In this document: piece by piece, positions 30,582-41,108 of the stretch
Numbering within the stretch: position 1 is the stretch's first letter
How the letters are laid out: the number at the start of each line of letters is the position of its first letter
DNA from: Bacilli bacterium
GTDB taxonomy: Bacteria > Bacillota_I > Bacilli_A > RF39 > UBA660
Direction: 5' to 3'
Length of the DNA: 64,000 nucleotides
Assembly (NCBI GenBank): GCA_017433415.1
Contig: JAFRHI010000016.1
Location: 2,684-66,683, forward strand
Position numbers and translations under genes: made by a program
The notes under the pieces: model-generated
Databases searched by the model: none
The model's input: only the letters and a program-made list of their open reading frames with translations
What the model was told of the DNA's origin: nothing

Positions 30582-33500
30582 TTAATTTGCAAATTTTTTG
30601 TATAACCCTAATGAGATTAGAGTAATAAGATTTATTAATAATGCTATTAAATTTTTACTATTTGAAACACTTGTATTTGGGATGGTTACTCTACTATATT
30701 TACTAGAATTTGAATTACTAGCATAATTATTGTAGTTATTATTTTCTGGTATATCGTAACCTGTTGTAGAACCAGTAGGAAGTTTTTCATAGATATAAGT
30801 TACATCAATCATTCCATCTTCAAATTGACCTGAACGTGCGCCAACAACTTGAGCCAATCTGTAACCTCTAAATGATCTTAATATTGTATTATATCTGTCA
30901 CCAACTTGTCCTTCGTAAGGCATATCTATACCAATCGTATTTCCATAAATATCTACATAATGAGCAACTACTTCACCTGTTTTAGGTGTGTCTGATGATT
31001 GATCTTCTGGATCTGTAGGTGGATTATCTCCACTACCTTGATTATTACCTTCTTGATCATTACAATCAGTACAAGAATTATTATTTTCATTGTTGTTTTC
31101 GTTGTTGTTTTCGTTGTTGTTATTGTTTGTATTATCTCCGCCTTCAACAGTATTATTGTTTGTATTTGTATTATCTCCAGTATCTACATTTACATCTCCT
31201 GTTTCAACAGTAGTATTATTAGTTCCTGGTGTTTCTCCTCCATTAGCTTCATTATTTAATGTATTATCTTTAATTTCAACAGTGTTATCATTTGTGTTAT
31301 TTCCACCTTCTGCAGTATTAGTGTTAGTAACATCTCCTGTTTCTACTGTTGTATTATTTTCTACATCGCCTGTTGTTGCTTCTGAAGAATTATCAACATC
31401 ACCAGTTTCTACGTTTGTATTGTTTTCAATGTTAGTATCACCAGTAGTAATAGTATTATCTCCTGTTTCTACTGTATTTACTGGATTATTTTCTACATTT
31501 GTATTATTTTCAACGTTTACATCATTGTTGTTTTCTGGATTATTTTCAATATTGATTGCAGGATTATTTTCAATATTTGTATCTCCAGACACAAGATTTG
31601 CGTTGTTTTCTACATTTGTATTATTATCGCCAGTTTCTACATTAACATTTGTATCACCGTTAGTAGCATTGCCACCTTCAGCATTATTTTCACTGTTATT
31701 ACTATTGTTGTTAACATTATCTCCTGTCTCAACATCTACATCAGTATTGTTAACTGGACTATTCTCATTATTTACATTGTTCTCATCTTGGTTATTATTT
31801 TCATTGTTTACTTCAGTACTATTATCATTATTAATAGTAATATCAATATTTATAATTGGTTGAGTAGGCTCTTGTTCTCCATTATCGCAACTATTATTGC
31901 AGGTATTGTTGCATGAAGAACAGCAGTTACAACCACAATTATTATTGCATGAACCAGAACCAGTATCATCAGATTTAACTTTTTCATACATATAAATTAC
32001 TGTTGTTTTTGGTTGATTGATAGTACCTTGTGTAGGTCCATATACTGCTACAAAATTATAGCCATCAAAACTTTTTTGTTCTGTAGTGTATTCGGTACCA
32101 TATTCACCAGATATAACTATATCTTCATCAATTAATTTTCTACCAGTATTTTCGATGTACTTAACTACAACTTCACCTGATAAAGTTTCTGGAATTTTTT
32201 CATATACATAAGTAACTGTTGTTGTTCCAGTACTATATGTACCTGAAATTTCTCCAATTACAAATTTTGGAGTATATCCTTCAAAACTTTTTTGTTCAGT
32301 TGTATACTCTGTTCCTACTTCTTGAGTATCAGTCCATGAATCTAATAGATTATTTTCTGTATCAATATATCTAACTTCTAGGTTTCCATATACAACTTCT
32401 GGGATTTTTTCATATACATAAGTAACTGTTGTTGTTCCAGTACTATATGTACCAGCTATTTCTCCGATTACAAATTTTGGAGTATATCCTTCAAAACTCT
32501 TTTGTTCAGTAGTATACTCTGTTCCTACTTCTTGAGTATCAGTCCATGAATCTAATAAGTTGTTATCAGTATCAATATAATTTACTACTAAATTACCTGT
32601 TACAATAACTTGATCTAATTCATAATAATAGATTACTTCTTGATCATCTGTTGTATAACGACCTCTTTCATTTCCTTCAGTTCTTAGCCAATGATAGTTA
32701 TTGATATTTTCCTTATAATAATCATATGTAGTATATTCAGATCCTACTGGATCAACTAATACTTGTTCTTCTAATAGTACATTGTTAGTACCTTCTTCTA
32801 AATATTTAACTATTACTTTTCCAACTTGTTCATAATAATAATATACTTTAATATCATCTTTTATATAACTACCTGTATCATTACCGATACGAGTTACAAA
32901 TCGATATCCTGGGATAGTTAACTCCTCTGTTTGATAAGGATCTCCTACATATCCAGGAGTAGTTCTTTCATCAATAATATTAAAGTTTTTATTATCAATA
33001 TAATATGCAGTCACTGTTCCACTATCTTTTTTATAGTAGTAGTAAACATGAATATCTTGATCTTGATATGTTCCTTCAATATTATTACTATTGCCTACAC
33101 ATGTGTAATTTTCTATGTTGTTTAGTTGAACAGTTGTATAATCTTGACCTACTTTTCCAGGTTTAACATCTTGGCTTGCTAATTCCTTTGTAGTATCATC
33201 AACATCAACATAATGAGTTATTACATTGGTAGTTGGTCTTGTGTAATAATATGTTATTACATAAGGTTCAATATATGTTCCTAGTTCATATAGTCCGTTG
33301 GCATTGCCAGAAATACTTTCTAATTCATAATTAGCGATTTCCTTGGCTTCTGTACTATATGGTTTTCCAACTATACCGCTATCTTCATATACTAGTGCTA
33401 ATTCATATCCTGTATCAACATCAACATATTTAGCTATTATCTTTCCTAATGGCATATATGTGTAGTATATTTCGATTGGATCTTTTGTAAATACTTTATC

Positions 33501-35081
33501 AGTGCTAAAATCATTTGAACTTTTAGATACATATTTGTATCCTGCAATTTCGATTGGTTGAATCTCATCCATATTTTCATATGAATCTCCAACTTTTCCA
33601 TAAACTGTTTTTTGTGAAGTAACAGCATTACCTTCTTGATCAAATTCAATATGGTTACCATCTTTATCAATATAATGAACATTTACAACGCTATTATATT
33701 CATAATAGTAATTAACCATACTATGTCCATATAGAGGGAAATATTCAAATGGAAATTGTCTAACTGTCCTTGGTGCTTCAGCATAATAGACTGTTTCAGG
33801 ATCAAAAGCTTGTGCATATTTTACTCCTGTATACTTAATGGCATTTCCAACTTCTTCTACTGTTTTTGGTGAAAGTGCTTGTCTTGTTCCTCCATCACCA
33901 TAGTAGATAGTTGGTTCTTCTAGTAGAGTTTCAGTATCACCATCAACAACTATATGTTTTACTTCAATCCATGGCTGTACTCCATAAAATATATGATATA
34001 TCAGATCTGTATGAACCATTTTAGAGTAAACCCATATTTTACCATCTGATTTATAGTAACTTGCATCAAAATCGCTAACTTGAAGTCTAACGTTATCATT
34101 ACTACTTAAATCGGCACCTATGGCTGCAGCTTCTCCCCAACGCATATCCCCTAGCTCTTGAACAACGTTATTGTAATTTGTTGGATATTTATGAATTTCA
34201 TCGATCATTTCTCCAGCTTTGGCATATATTTCTTGATAATCAAAATATTTTACACCTTTATCTGGATCATTTGTTTTATTTGTATCAATTAACTCTTGTG
34301 AATAATCATCTAGTATTTCCCATAATTCCAATGGAATTTCTAGATAATCTGATGAAAAATCGATAAAATCATTTTCTTCTTCTAAGAAGTAGTAATTTAT
34401 TAAAACTCTATAATCTACATCTTGATCTGTATAAACATAATAAAAATCAACTACAATATCATCATATTCAGCAACTAGTTGTGGGTTAAAATAAATGTAT
34501 GAATATGTATAATTATCATCTGGATTAGTATAGTAAAAGATTGGATTTTCAATAGTTCCATAATCAAGATTACTAGTAGAATTGTGTTCAACAGCTCTTG
34601 CTTCATGGCCTTGACCATCTAATGTAACAATTACTCGCTCATTAGTAACAATTCCTTCTCCTATTACAAAGTTACATAATGCTACATGATTTGCAGTTGC
34701 ATCTACATTATCATATTCATATGTTCTTAAAGGATTATTTTCATTGTCTTTAATGTGTGTATTTAATGTTACAAATAATGGACTAGTATTAGCAGCTTTT
34801 AACGTTGGTGCTCTAGCAGGTGCACTATCTAAAACATTATTAGCTTCGGCTGTTGATACTTCATTAGAATTTTGCTTTACTTCTAATGGTTCTTCTACTT
34901 CAATATTTGAATAATCGTAGGTAACAGCATTTGCATTATACTGCTCTGTAGCAAGTGGTGTTTCTACGATATTTGTATTATTGGTACTTTCTGTAGCATA
35001 AACATTTGGAGTTAAAGCTGGCGCAAAATTAGCTGCAAACAAAAATGCTAAGGCAGTACCTAATTTGAAATATTTTTTCAA
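30582..35081 (-). CDS. giant surface adhesin (1499 aa) with MucBP-like repeats and an Asn/Thr/Glu-rich low-complexity stalk
   Basis: Signal peptide MKKYFKLGTALAFLFAANFAPAL. At least seven repeats of 60-70 aa are MucBP-like (V.YYVD.D....L......G.VG..Y.......GY......G.Y.....V.Y.Y). There is a Cys cluster CNNNCGCNCCSSCNNTCNNSC and about 300 aa of ENN/VETGD repeats. The C-terminal hydrophobic anchor carries a KKFAN tail preceded by IPNTS. Confidence 0.75.
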   Translation of the reverse strand: MKKYFKLGTALAFLFAANFAPALTPNVYATESTNNTNIVETPLATEQYNANAVTYDYSNIEVEEPLEVKQNSNEVSTAEANNVLDSAPARAPTLKAANTSPLFVTLNTHIKDNENNPLRTYEYDNVDATANHVALCNFVIGEGIVTNERVIVTLDGQGHEARAVEHNSTSNLDYGTIENPIFYYTNPDDNYTYSYIYFNPQLVAEYDDIVVDFYYVYTDQDVDYRVLINYYFLEEENDFIDFSSDYLEIPLELWEILDDYSQELIDTNKTNDPDKGVKYFDYQEIYAKAGEMIDEIHKYPTNYNNVVQELGDMRWGEAAAIGADLSSNDNVRLQVSDFDASYYKSDGKIWVYSKMVHTDLIYHIFYGVQPWIEVKHIVVDGDTETLLEEPTIYYGDGGTRQALSPKTVEEVGNAIKYTGVKYAQAFDPETVYYAEAPRTVRQFPFEYFPLYGHSMVNYYYEYNSVVNVHYIDKDGNHIEFDQEGNAVTSQKTVYGKVGDSYENMDEIQPIEIAGYKYVSKSSNDFSTDKVFTKDPIEIYYTYMPLGKIIAKYVDVDTGYELALVYEDSGIVGKPYSTEAKEIANYELESISGNANGLYELGTYIEPYVITYYYTRPTTNVITHYVDVDDTTKELASQDVKPGKVGQDYTTVQLNNIENYTCVGNSNNIEGTYQDQDIHVYYYYKKDSGTVTAYYIDNKNFNIIDERTTPGYVGDPYQTEELTIPGYRFVTRIGNDTGSYIKDDIKVYYYYEQVGKVIVKYLEEGTNNVLLEEQVLVDPVGSEYTTYDYYKENINNYHWLRTEGNERGRYTTDDQEVIYYYELDQVIVTGNLVVNYIDTDNNLLDSWTDTQEVGTEYTTEQKSFEGYTPKFVIGEIAGTYSTGTTTVTYVYEKIPEVVYGNLEVRYIDTENNLLDSWTDTQEVGTEYTTEQKSFEGYTPKFVIGEISGTYSTGTTTVTYVYEKIPETLSGEVVVKYIENTGRKLIDEDIVISGEYGTEYTTEQKSFDGYNFVAVYGPTQGTINQPKTTVIYMYEKVKSDDTGSGSCNNNCGCNCCSSCNNTCNNSCDNGEQEPTQPIINIDITINNDNSTEVNNENNNQDENNVNNENSPVNNTDVDVETGDNVNNNSNNSENNAEGGNATNGDTNVNVETGDNNTNVENNANLVSGDTNIENNPAINIENNPENNNDVNVENNTNVENNPVNTVETGDNTITTGDTNIENNTNVETGDVDNSSEATTGDVENNTTVETGDVTNTNTAEGGNNTNDNTVEIKDNTLNNEANGGETPGTNNTTVETGDVNVDTGDNTNTNNNTVEGGDNTNNNNNENNNENNNENNNSCTDCNDQEGNNQGSGDNPPTDPEDQSSDTPKTGEVVAHYVDIYGNTIGIDMPYEGQVGDRYNTILRSFRGYRLAQVVGARSGQFEDGMIDVTYIYEKLPTGSTTGYDIPENNNYNNYASNSNSSKYSRVTIPNTSVSNSKNLIALLINLITLISLGLYKKFAN
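32196..32590. repeat. near-identical ~210-bp tandem direct repeat inside the adhesin gene (two MucBP-like modules)
   Basis: DNA at 32196-32403 and 32406-32590 is almost identical (TTTTCATATACATAAGTAACTGTTGTTGTTCCAGTACTATATGTACC...). The protein repeats YIDT(D/E)NNLLDSWTDTQEVGTEYTTEQKSFEGYTPKFVIGEI(A/S)GTYSTGTTTVTYVYEKIPE. Confidence 0.8.
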
Positions 35082-35554
35082 CCTATTTTTCCTCCTTGTA
35101 AAAGTATTATTCCCTTTTTACTCTTACATACAATAACCCCTTTTGATTGTGTTATTTAGGTTAATTAGGTTTATAACACTACAAACACTTAGGAAACTTG
35201 TTGGTGAATTTCCAAATTGTTTTTTTGTGTTATTTTATCCCAGTGTTAGTGTATTGATGATGTTGGCATAATCAATCAATACTTTTCACTGTTGCTATTT
35301 ATAATAATTCCAATGTTTTTTATTGTCAAACCTTTTTTTATTTTTTATAATTTTACATTTTTTTACTAGTAATTCTTATTTACGTAAACTACGTTTTGTT
35401 TACACTTTTTTCAAATGTTTTTTTAAGCTATTTCTATAATTTAGCTAATAATTTTACATTTTTTCAAAAGTTGTATTTACATTGTTTTTTGTAAATAGAT
35501 ATACTTTTTATTAGCTGTTTTTTGTAAATTTTTGTAAAAAAAATAATGAAAATT

Positions 35555-37186
35555 TTAGTTTTCATTATTTGTTTTTATTGTTTTTTTTAGAATATAGCCT
35601 TTAATTTTTAGATAATTTACTTCTTTAGTACTCTTTTTATAATTTATTTCTAATTCCTCTAACTCTAAATAATATTCATCATTTAGCTTAATTGGTGTTG
35701 TTTCTTCATTAATTTTCCCATTCTCAATTATATTATGAAGATATTTTTTTAAATCAGCTATAATTATTTCTCTTTCTTGTTCATTTTCTAATTCAAGATC
35801 TTCAAACATATAATTTTCAATCAATTTATTTCTTTCATAATTATACTCATAGTAATCTATTGGTATAACATAATCAAAATCTGAAACATTAATACTAGCT
35901 ATTTCTGCTTGATATGTAATTGTTTCATCTTTTTCATATTCATCTTGATTACTATATGAGTTGTAGTTTTCAACTTTGTTTTTTTCAATATAATCTGGAA
36001 GTTTTTCTTTCATGTTGAGATTATAGTCAATGTAATTATAGATGTTTTGGATTTCCTTTTTGTCTTGAGTTGTGAGATCATCAAAATTAACTGTTTTAGG
36101 ATATACTTTTTCTAATCTGTTTAATTGGCTTCTGAAGGAAACACTTTTCATATTTATAATTGGGACAGTAAATGTTATTAAAATTATTATGGCACTATAT
36201 AAAACTATTCTACTAGCTTCTTTCTTTTTTATTGAATAAATTACTGCTATTACTTCTAGAACTATTATAAATAAACCAAAATATCTTGTTTCGGTTATAC
36301 CTTTTTCAATTATTCTAATTAGTAGTGAATATGATTGAATAAATATTATTGGAATAAAAGCAACAGGTAATATTTTTGATGTTTTTTCCAGAAAAGTATC
36401 ATTCTTTTTAAAGTTTTCCATCAATAACCATGTTGGATATCCTATTATAAATAGCCCTGTAGCAATTCTGAATATTTCATTTGATGGGATATTCAAAGTT
36501 ACTAGTATCTTTAGAAAATAAAGATATATTATAGTATTAACAATTAATACTATTGGTAACATTATATATTTTGTTAAACCTTTCATAAATTTTTCTGGAA
36601 TTATAGTGTTTTTTGTTGTAATACATAGAATCTCAGCTGGAAATAGAAACAATCCTAAAAATAGTATTTCTATTCTTAAATATAGTTCATCTCCGCCAGA
36701 GAATAATAATTCTACAATGGCTATTATAATAAATATTAATCCTGTTTGGAGTAGTGATGATGCTATACTTAATATGATATTATTACCTAGTGTTTTGTTT
36801 AGGAATTTTGATAAACTTGTTTCTTTAGCTAGTTTATAAAGTGCTGAAATAAACAATGATAAATATATTCCTAATATTGGTATTATAATTTGTTTGGTAG
36901 ATTCTACTTTGCTAGTTATTATAATTGCTGAAAGCGTTGCTAAAACTACTGATAATATATATAAAGGGTTTTTATTCTTTTGCTCGGAAAACATTGTATC
37001 AACAATAAAAGTCAAAACACCTGTAAATATTAATGATAGATATAATTTTATATGTTTTTCTTCAAAACCGAGTATTGTAATAATTAATGTTGTGACAACA
37101 ATCATTATTAGTGTTGCTATATACTTATTAATAGTCTCTTTTTCTTTACCTACTCTTTTTTTAATCTTTGATAATAGTTTTTTCAT
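35555..37186 (-). CDS. polytopic membrane protein with a C-terminal soluble domain, unknown function
   Basis: About 10 TM helices followed by a ~200-aa acidic/Tyr-rich domain. Confidence 0.4.
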   Translation of the reverse strand: MKKLLSKIKKRVGKEKETINKYIATLIMIVVTTLIITILGFEEKHIKLYLSLIFTGVLTFIVDTMFSEQKNKNPLYILSVVLATLSAIIITSKVESTKQIIIPILGIYLSLFISALYKLAKETSLSKFLNKTLGNNIILSIASSLLQTGLIFIIIAIVELLFSGGDELYLRIEILFLGLFLFPAEILCITTKNTIIPEKFMKGLTKYIMLPIVLIVNTIIYLYFLKILVTLNIPSNEIFRIATGLFIIGYPTWLLMENFKKNDTFLEKTSKILPVAFIPIIFIQSYSLLIRIIEKGITETRYFGLFIIVLEVIAVIYSIKKKEASRIVLYSAIIILITFTVPIINMKSVSFRSQLNRLEKVYPKTVNFDDLTTQDKKEIQNIYNYIDYNLNMKEKLPDYIEKNKVENYNSYSNQDEYEKDETITYQAEIASINVSDFDYVIPIDYYEYNYERNKLIENYMFEDLELENEQEREIIIADLKKYLHNIIENGKINEETTPIKLNDEYYLELEELEINYKKSTKEVNYLKIKGYILKKTIKTNNEN

Positions 37187-37213
37187 AATAAATCCTCCTT
37201 ATTATATAATTTG

Positions 37214-38332
37214 TTAGGATGCACTTTTTATTGATTTTACTTTATCAACCTTTTCGCTTAAGAATCTTTGTATTTCTTCTTTTTTTACAGTACTGAAGCT
37301 TTTTACAAGCATTTTTATGCAATCTATTGTCAGATTTTTTGTAGTTTCATCAATATCTCTTGATTCATAAATTAATTTTATAATTTTCTTATAATCACTT
37401 TTTAAATCCAATATTGTTTTAACATTTGCTCTAGCAAACAAGAGATCAAGATTATTAATAAAATCTAGTCTTTCTTCGTCGCTATATTTTTCCAGTATAT
37501 CTTTAAAACCTTTTTCAATATCAAGTGATAATTTGCTTAATTCAGATGGAATAAAGTGATCTTTTTCTACTGGCCAATTAACTATATCATGGGCTAGAGG
37601 CCCTTTATTGTCTGATTTTACTATAATATCATTATCATGATTAAAGAATAATCCTACTATTGAATAATCAGATATAATATGAGTATATTTATTTCTTATG
37701 TCTTGATATTGCTTTGAATTAAATTCTGCATCTAAAACACCAGGACCATCAATATTATATATATGTTTTACTTTTCTTCGGATTAATCCATTACAATACA
37801 TTCCAGCTACTAAGGCAAAATTTCCTCCTTTTGAGTGTCCGCCTAAATATAATGTTTTATTACTAAATGTATATAAATCATTTACATATCTGATAGCTGC
37901 TTTGTGCGAAATAGTTGGAAATTGTAATGTTAGCATGAAATTTTCTTTCCAACCACTAAACATTTCATCTGTTCCCTCAAATGAAATAAAAACATGATTT
38001 TTCTTAAATTCAATTGCTATTACACCAAATTGAATATCATTATTTGCAATATACTTATAATTACTTAAAATGCAATTTTTGTAACGATTTGTATCTTTTA
38101 TATAACGTAACAATTTATTTGCTTCTCTTATAGCAATAATATTATTATCTTTTCCTTTAAATGAACTTAAATGTATTCGACCTGCTTCTTTAATTGTTAA
38201 GGGGCCATTTTCTAATATACCATCAAAATTAGCATATGATAAAAATGAAAACAGAACAGCATCAACTCTTTTCAATTCCATCTCTTCAAAAGTTTTCATA
38301 CCATAATTATCAATATAATTGTATATACTCAT
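37214..38332 (-). CDS. DUF2974 / Mbeg1-like alpha/beta-hydrolase (putative lipase)
   Basis: GGHSKGGNFA nucleophile elbow, characteristic of the Mbeg1-like family. Confidence 0.55.
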   Translation of the reverse strand: MSIYNYIDNYGMKTFEEMELKRVDAVLFSFLSYANFDGILENGPLTIKEAGRIHLSSFKGKDNNIIAIREANKLLRYIKDTNRYKNCILSNYKYIANNDIQFGVIAIEFKKNHVFISFEGTDEMFSGWKENFMLTLQFPTISHKAAIRYVNDLYTFSNKTLYLGGHSKGGNFALVAGMYCNGLIRRKVKHIYNIDGPGVLDAEFNSKQYQDIRNKYTHIISDYSIVGLFFNHDNDIIVKSDNKGPLAHDIVNWPVEKDHFIPSELSKLSLDIEKGFKDILEKYSDEERLDFINNLDLLFARANVKTILDLKSDYKKIIKLIYESRDIDETTKNLTIDCIKMLVKSFSTVKKEEIQRFLSEKVDKVKSIKSAS

Positions 38333-38401
38333 ATTATCACTCTCTAGTTAATTATATCATATTTTTTATAAAGTAAAACAAATTGCAATATATACAATTT
38401 G

Positions 38402-39319
38402 TTATTTACAGTTTGTATTTAAATATTTGATTGCTTCTGTTGCTGCGATTGCTCCATCACTTGTTGCTGTTACTAGTTGACGAAGATCTTTCTTTCTAAT
38501 ATCTCCAGCGGCAAAAACACCTGGAATGTTGGTATGACAGTTTTCATTACTTTCAATATATCCATATTCATCTGTTTCTATTAAGTCTTTTATATTTTCA
38601 GTTGCTGGTACTCTTCCTATTGCTATAAATATTGCTGATATTTCTAGTAAGATAGTATCTTCATTAGTTTTTACTTCTATTTTTTCTAGTTTTTCTTTTC
38701 CTATTAAATTGGATATAGATGCATTATAGATAAACTCTATATTTTTCTTTTTTTGCAGTTTGTCTACTTCTATTGAATCAGCTCTTAGCTTATCTTTTCT
38801 GCGAATTAGGTATACTTTATTGGCAATATTTGATAGATATAGAGCATCTTCAACAGCAGTATTACCGCCTCCTACAACAGCAACATCCATCCCGCGATAA
38901 AAATTACCATCGCAAGTAGCACAATATGAAACGCCTTTACCAACAAGTTCTACTTCATTTTTAATTCCTAATTTTCTGTTATCTGATCCTGTAGCAATAA
39001 TTACAGATTTTGCTTCATATTTATTTTCTGATGTGATTACCTCTTTAAGAGATTTTTTATCATTTATTTTTATAACTTTCTCAAATACAAATTCTGCTTC
39101 TAGTTCAACTGCTTGATTATATAGCTTTGTCGAAAAGTCAAATCCAGAAATATGGGGCGCTACTGGATAATTATCAATTTCTGGAGTGTTAATTATTTGT
39201 CCTCCATATGCTGTTGCTTCCAATACTAATACTTTTTTAAGAGCTCGTCTTGCGTATATAGCTGCCGTCATTCCAGCTGGACCAGCGCCAATTATGATAA
39301 TATCATACATGTTATTCAC
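38402..39319 (-). CDS. trxB: thioredoxin-disulfide reductase
   Basis: FAD motif IIIGAGPAGMTAAIYA, redox CATCDG and NADPH motif VVGGGNTA. Confidence 0.9.
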   Translation of the reverse strand: MNNMYDIIIIGAGPAGMTAAIYARRALKKVLVLEATAYGGQIINTPEIDNYPVAPHISGFDFSTKLYNQAVELEAEFVFEKVIKINDKKSLKEVITSENKYEAKSVIIATGSDNRKLGIKNEVELVGKGVSYCATCDGNFYRGMDVAVVGGGNTAVEDALYLSNIANKVYLIRRKDKLRADSIEVDKLQKKKNIEFIYNASISNLIGKEKLEKIEVKTNEDTILLEISAIFIAIGRVPATENIKDLIETDEYGYIESNENCHTNIPGVFAAGDIRKKDLRQLVTATSDGAIAATEAIKYLNTNCK

Positions 39320-39623
39320 CTATAAACTTTTCTAATTCTTTTTGGGATAATAGTCCAACGTGTCTTTTTTCTTCTTTTCCATCCTTAAACAATACTAAGC
39401 AGGGAATTGAAAAAACATTATATTCTCTTGCTAATTCTTCATTATTATCTACGTTCAAAGACATTACTTTTACTTGTTCATTTTCTTGAGCAATTTTTTC
39501 AATTATTGGCGCTAACATCTTACAAGGTCCACACCATTCAGCATTAAAATCTACTAATACTGTATTTTTTGAATTAAGTACTTCTTTTTCAAAAGTTTCA
39601 TTTGTACCAATAATTACTTTCAT
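39312..39623 (-). CDS. trxA: thioredoxin
   Basis: WCGPCK active site; 103 aa; overlaps trxB. Confidence 0.9.
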   Translation of the reverse strand: MKVIIGTNETFEKEVLNSKNTVLVDFNAEWCGPCKMLAPIIEKIAQENEQVKVMSLNVDNNEELAREYNVFSIPCLVLFKDGKEEKRHVGLLSQKELEKFIGE

Positions 39624-40105
39624 TGTTTATTATCCTCTTTCATATTTATAAGTAGTTTATAAGCTAGTTTTCTGAAATCTTCCTCATCTTTTTTTGTTAA
39701 TTTACAAAATTTTTCCATTTTCATTGGGGCAACACTTGCTTTTTGTTGAAGATCTAATCCTTCTTTAGTTAACTCAATTGATAAGTTTCTTTCATCCATT
39801 AATGACTTATTTCTTTTAATAAGACCTTTTTTCTCCAATTTTTTTAGGAGTGGTGTTAGTGTACTAGAATCTAGTAACATTGTTTCACTTATTTTTTTAA
39901 CGTTTGAAGTCCTTTTCTCCCATAAATACATCATAATTACAAATTGTGTATATGTTAAATCAAATTCCTCTAATACAGCATTATATCTTCTAATTACCTC
40001 TTTAGTACATAAATATAGTGGAAATACAAGTTGTTTATCTAATGGCATATATACAAAGTCTTTTTTCATTTTTACTCCTCCTATAATTATACTGAATTTT
40101 GACAA
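39620..40105 (-). CDS. MarR family transcriptional regulator
   Basis: Winged HTH (KISETMLLDSSTLTPLLKKLEKKGLIKR); overlaps trxA, consistent with operon arrangement. Confidence 0.7.
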   Translation of the reverse strand: MSKFSIIIGGVKMKKDFVYMPLDKQLVFPLYLCTKEVIRRYNAVLEEFDLTYTQFVIMMYLWEKRTSNVKKISETMLLDSSTLTPLLKKLEKKGLIKRNKSLMDERNLSIELTKEGLDLQQKASVAPMKMEKFCKLTKKDEEDFRKLAYKLLINMKEDNKQ

Positions 40106-40226
40106 ACAGTACTTATTGTAAACAATTAATACATCAAATTGTTTGTATACAATTTAAGCTTAACTCAAAACCAAAAAAAAAGCAATACTATATTTTGTAT
40201 TACTTTAGAATTTTATATAATGTTTA

Positions 40227-41042
40227 TTATATTTTCCACCAAATGTTTTTTTTTGCCGCTCTGATTAATTCAATTTCTTTTAGTTCTCGTAAAAGGGCAA
40301 GATCATCAAATACTTTTTTTGCTTCAGTTTCATTTTGCATTAAATCTACTATGTCATAATAATTGTATGATAAAGCTATATCTTTAAGCATATCTTTACT
40401 AATTCTTCTCTCTTTTGTACTTATTTTTTTAAGAATACTATCTTCTAATTGCTCTAAGTATTCTTGAAATTCTTTATCACTTTGCCAAAATTTGTCTGCT
40501 AAATCAATTTTATCCAAGTGTGTCCAATTAGGATTTGTTAATAGATAATATTTTATGTCATAAGGATCAGTACCATGTACTAAAGCTGTTTTAAATGGAT
40601 CAATATTTAATTCTTTAGATACTGGATCTTGTTGGATTTTTTGTTCTTGTATTCTTTTTAATGCCTCTGTTTCAGCAAAATCTTTTTGTTCTTTTGTTAA
40701 TTTTAAATCTTTGTTCCATAAAGCAAGTATTAGAAATGAAGCTGGATTTTTTTCTTTTCCAGCTACAAATGTCCTTGCTACTGATATGTTTGAAAAAATT
40801 AAATTAATTAATTTATTATAATATTTTTTATTAACATTATCATAATTAAGAAGCATAGCTTCTGCTATAATTGGATATTGTACTGTTTGGGTACCATCTT
40901 CTGCTCTTTTTAATTCAATTGCTTGATTTAAAATGTTTTCATCTTTTTTTATTTCCTTCCATAACTCAATATATTTATTCATGTCTTGATCAAAATATGT
41001 GCTTTTTAATAGATTAATACTAATTTTTTCTAAATTTTCCAT
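40227..41042 (-). CDS. hypothetical cytoplasmic protein
   Basis: ORF only. Confidence 0.35.
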   Translation of the reverse strand: MENLEKISINLLKSTYFDQDMNKYIELWKEIKKDENILNQAIELKRAEDGTQTVQYPIIAEAMLLNYDNVNKKYYNKLINLIFSNISVARTFVAGKEKNPASFLILALWNKDLKLTKEQKDFAETEALKRIQEQKIQQDPVSKELNIDPFKTALVHGTDPYDIKYYLLTNPNWTHLDKIDLADKFWQSDKEFQEYLEQLEDSILKKISTKERRISKDMLKDIALSYNYYDIVDLMQNETEAKKVFDDLALLRELKEIELIRAAKKNIWWKI

Positions 41043-41108
41043 GCTTTTTTTCCTTTCATCGGCAAGTTAATGCATATTATACCATATTTAATATTTAATT
41101 TCTATTTT

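Noticed and set aside
31000-31860. Highly repetitive DNA (GTTGTTTTCGTTGTTGTT..., ATTATTTTC...) that superficially resembles a repeat array
   Set aside because: It is in frame within the adhesin gene and encodes the N/T/E-rich stalk. There is no regular repeat-spacer periodicity and no nearby cas genes, so it is not a CRISPR array.
35082-35554. 470-bp non-coding AT-rich region upstream of the adhesin gene as a possible ncRNA or mobile element
   Set aside because: It has no inverted terminal repeats, no ORF and no recognisable RNA motif. It is most simply a long promoter/5' UTR region with A/T tracts.
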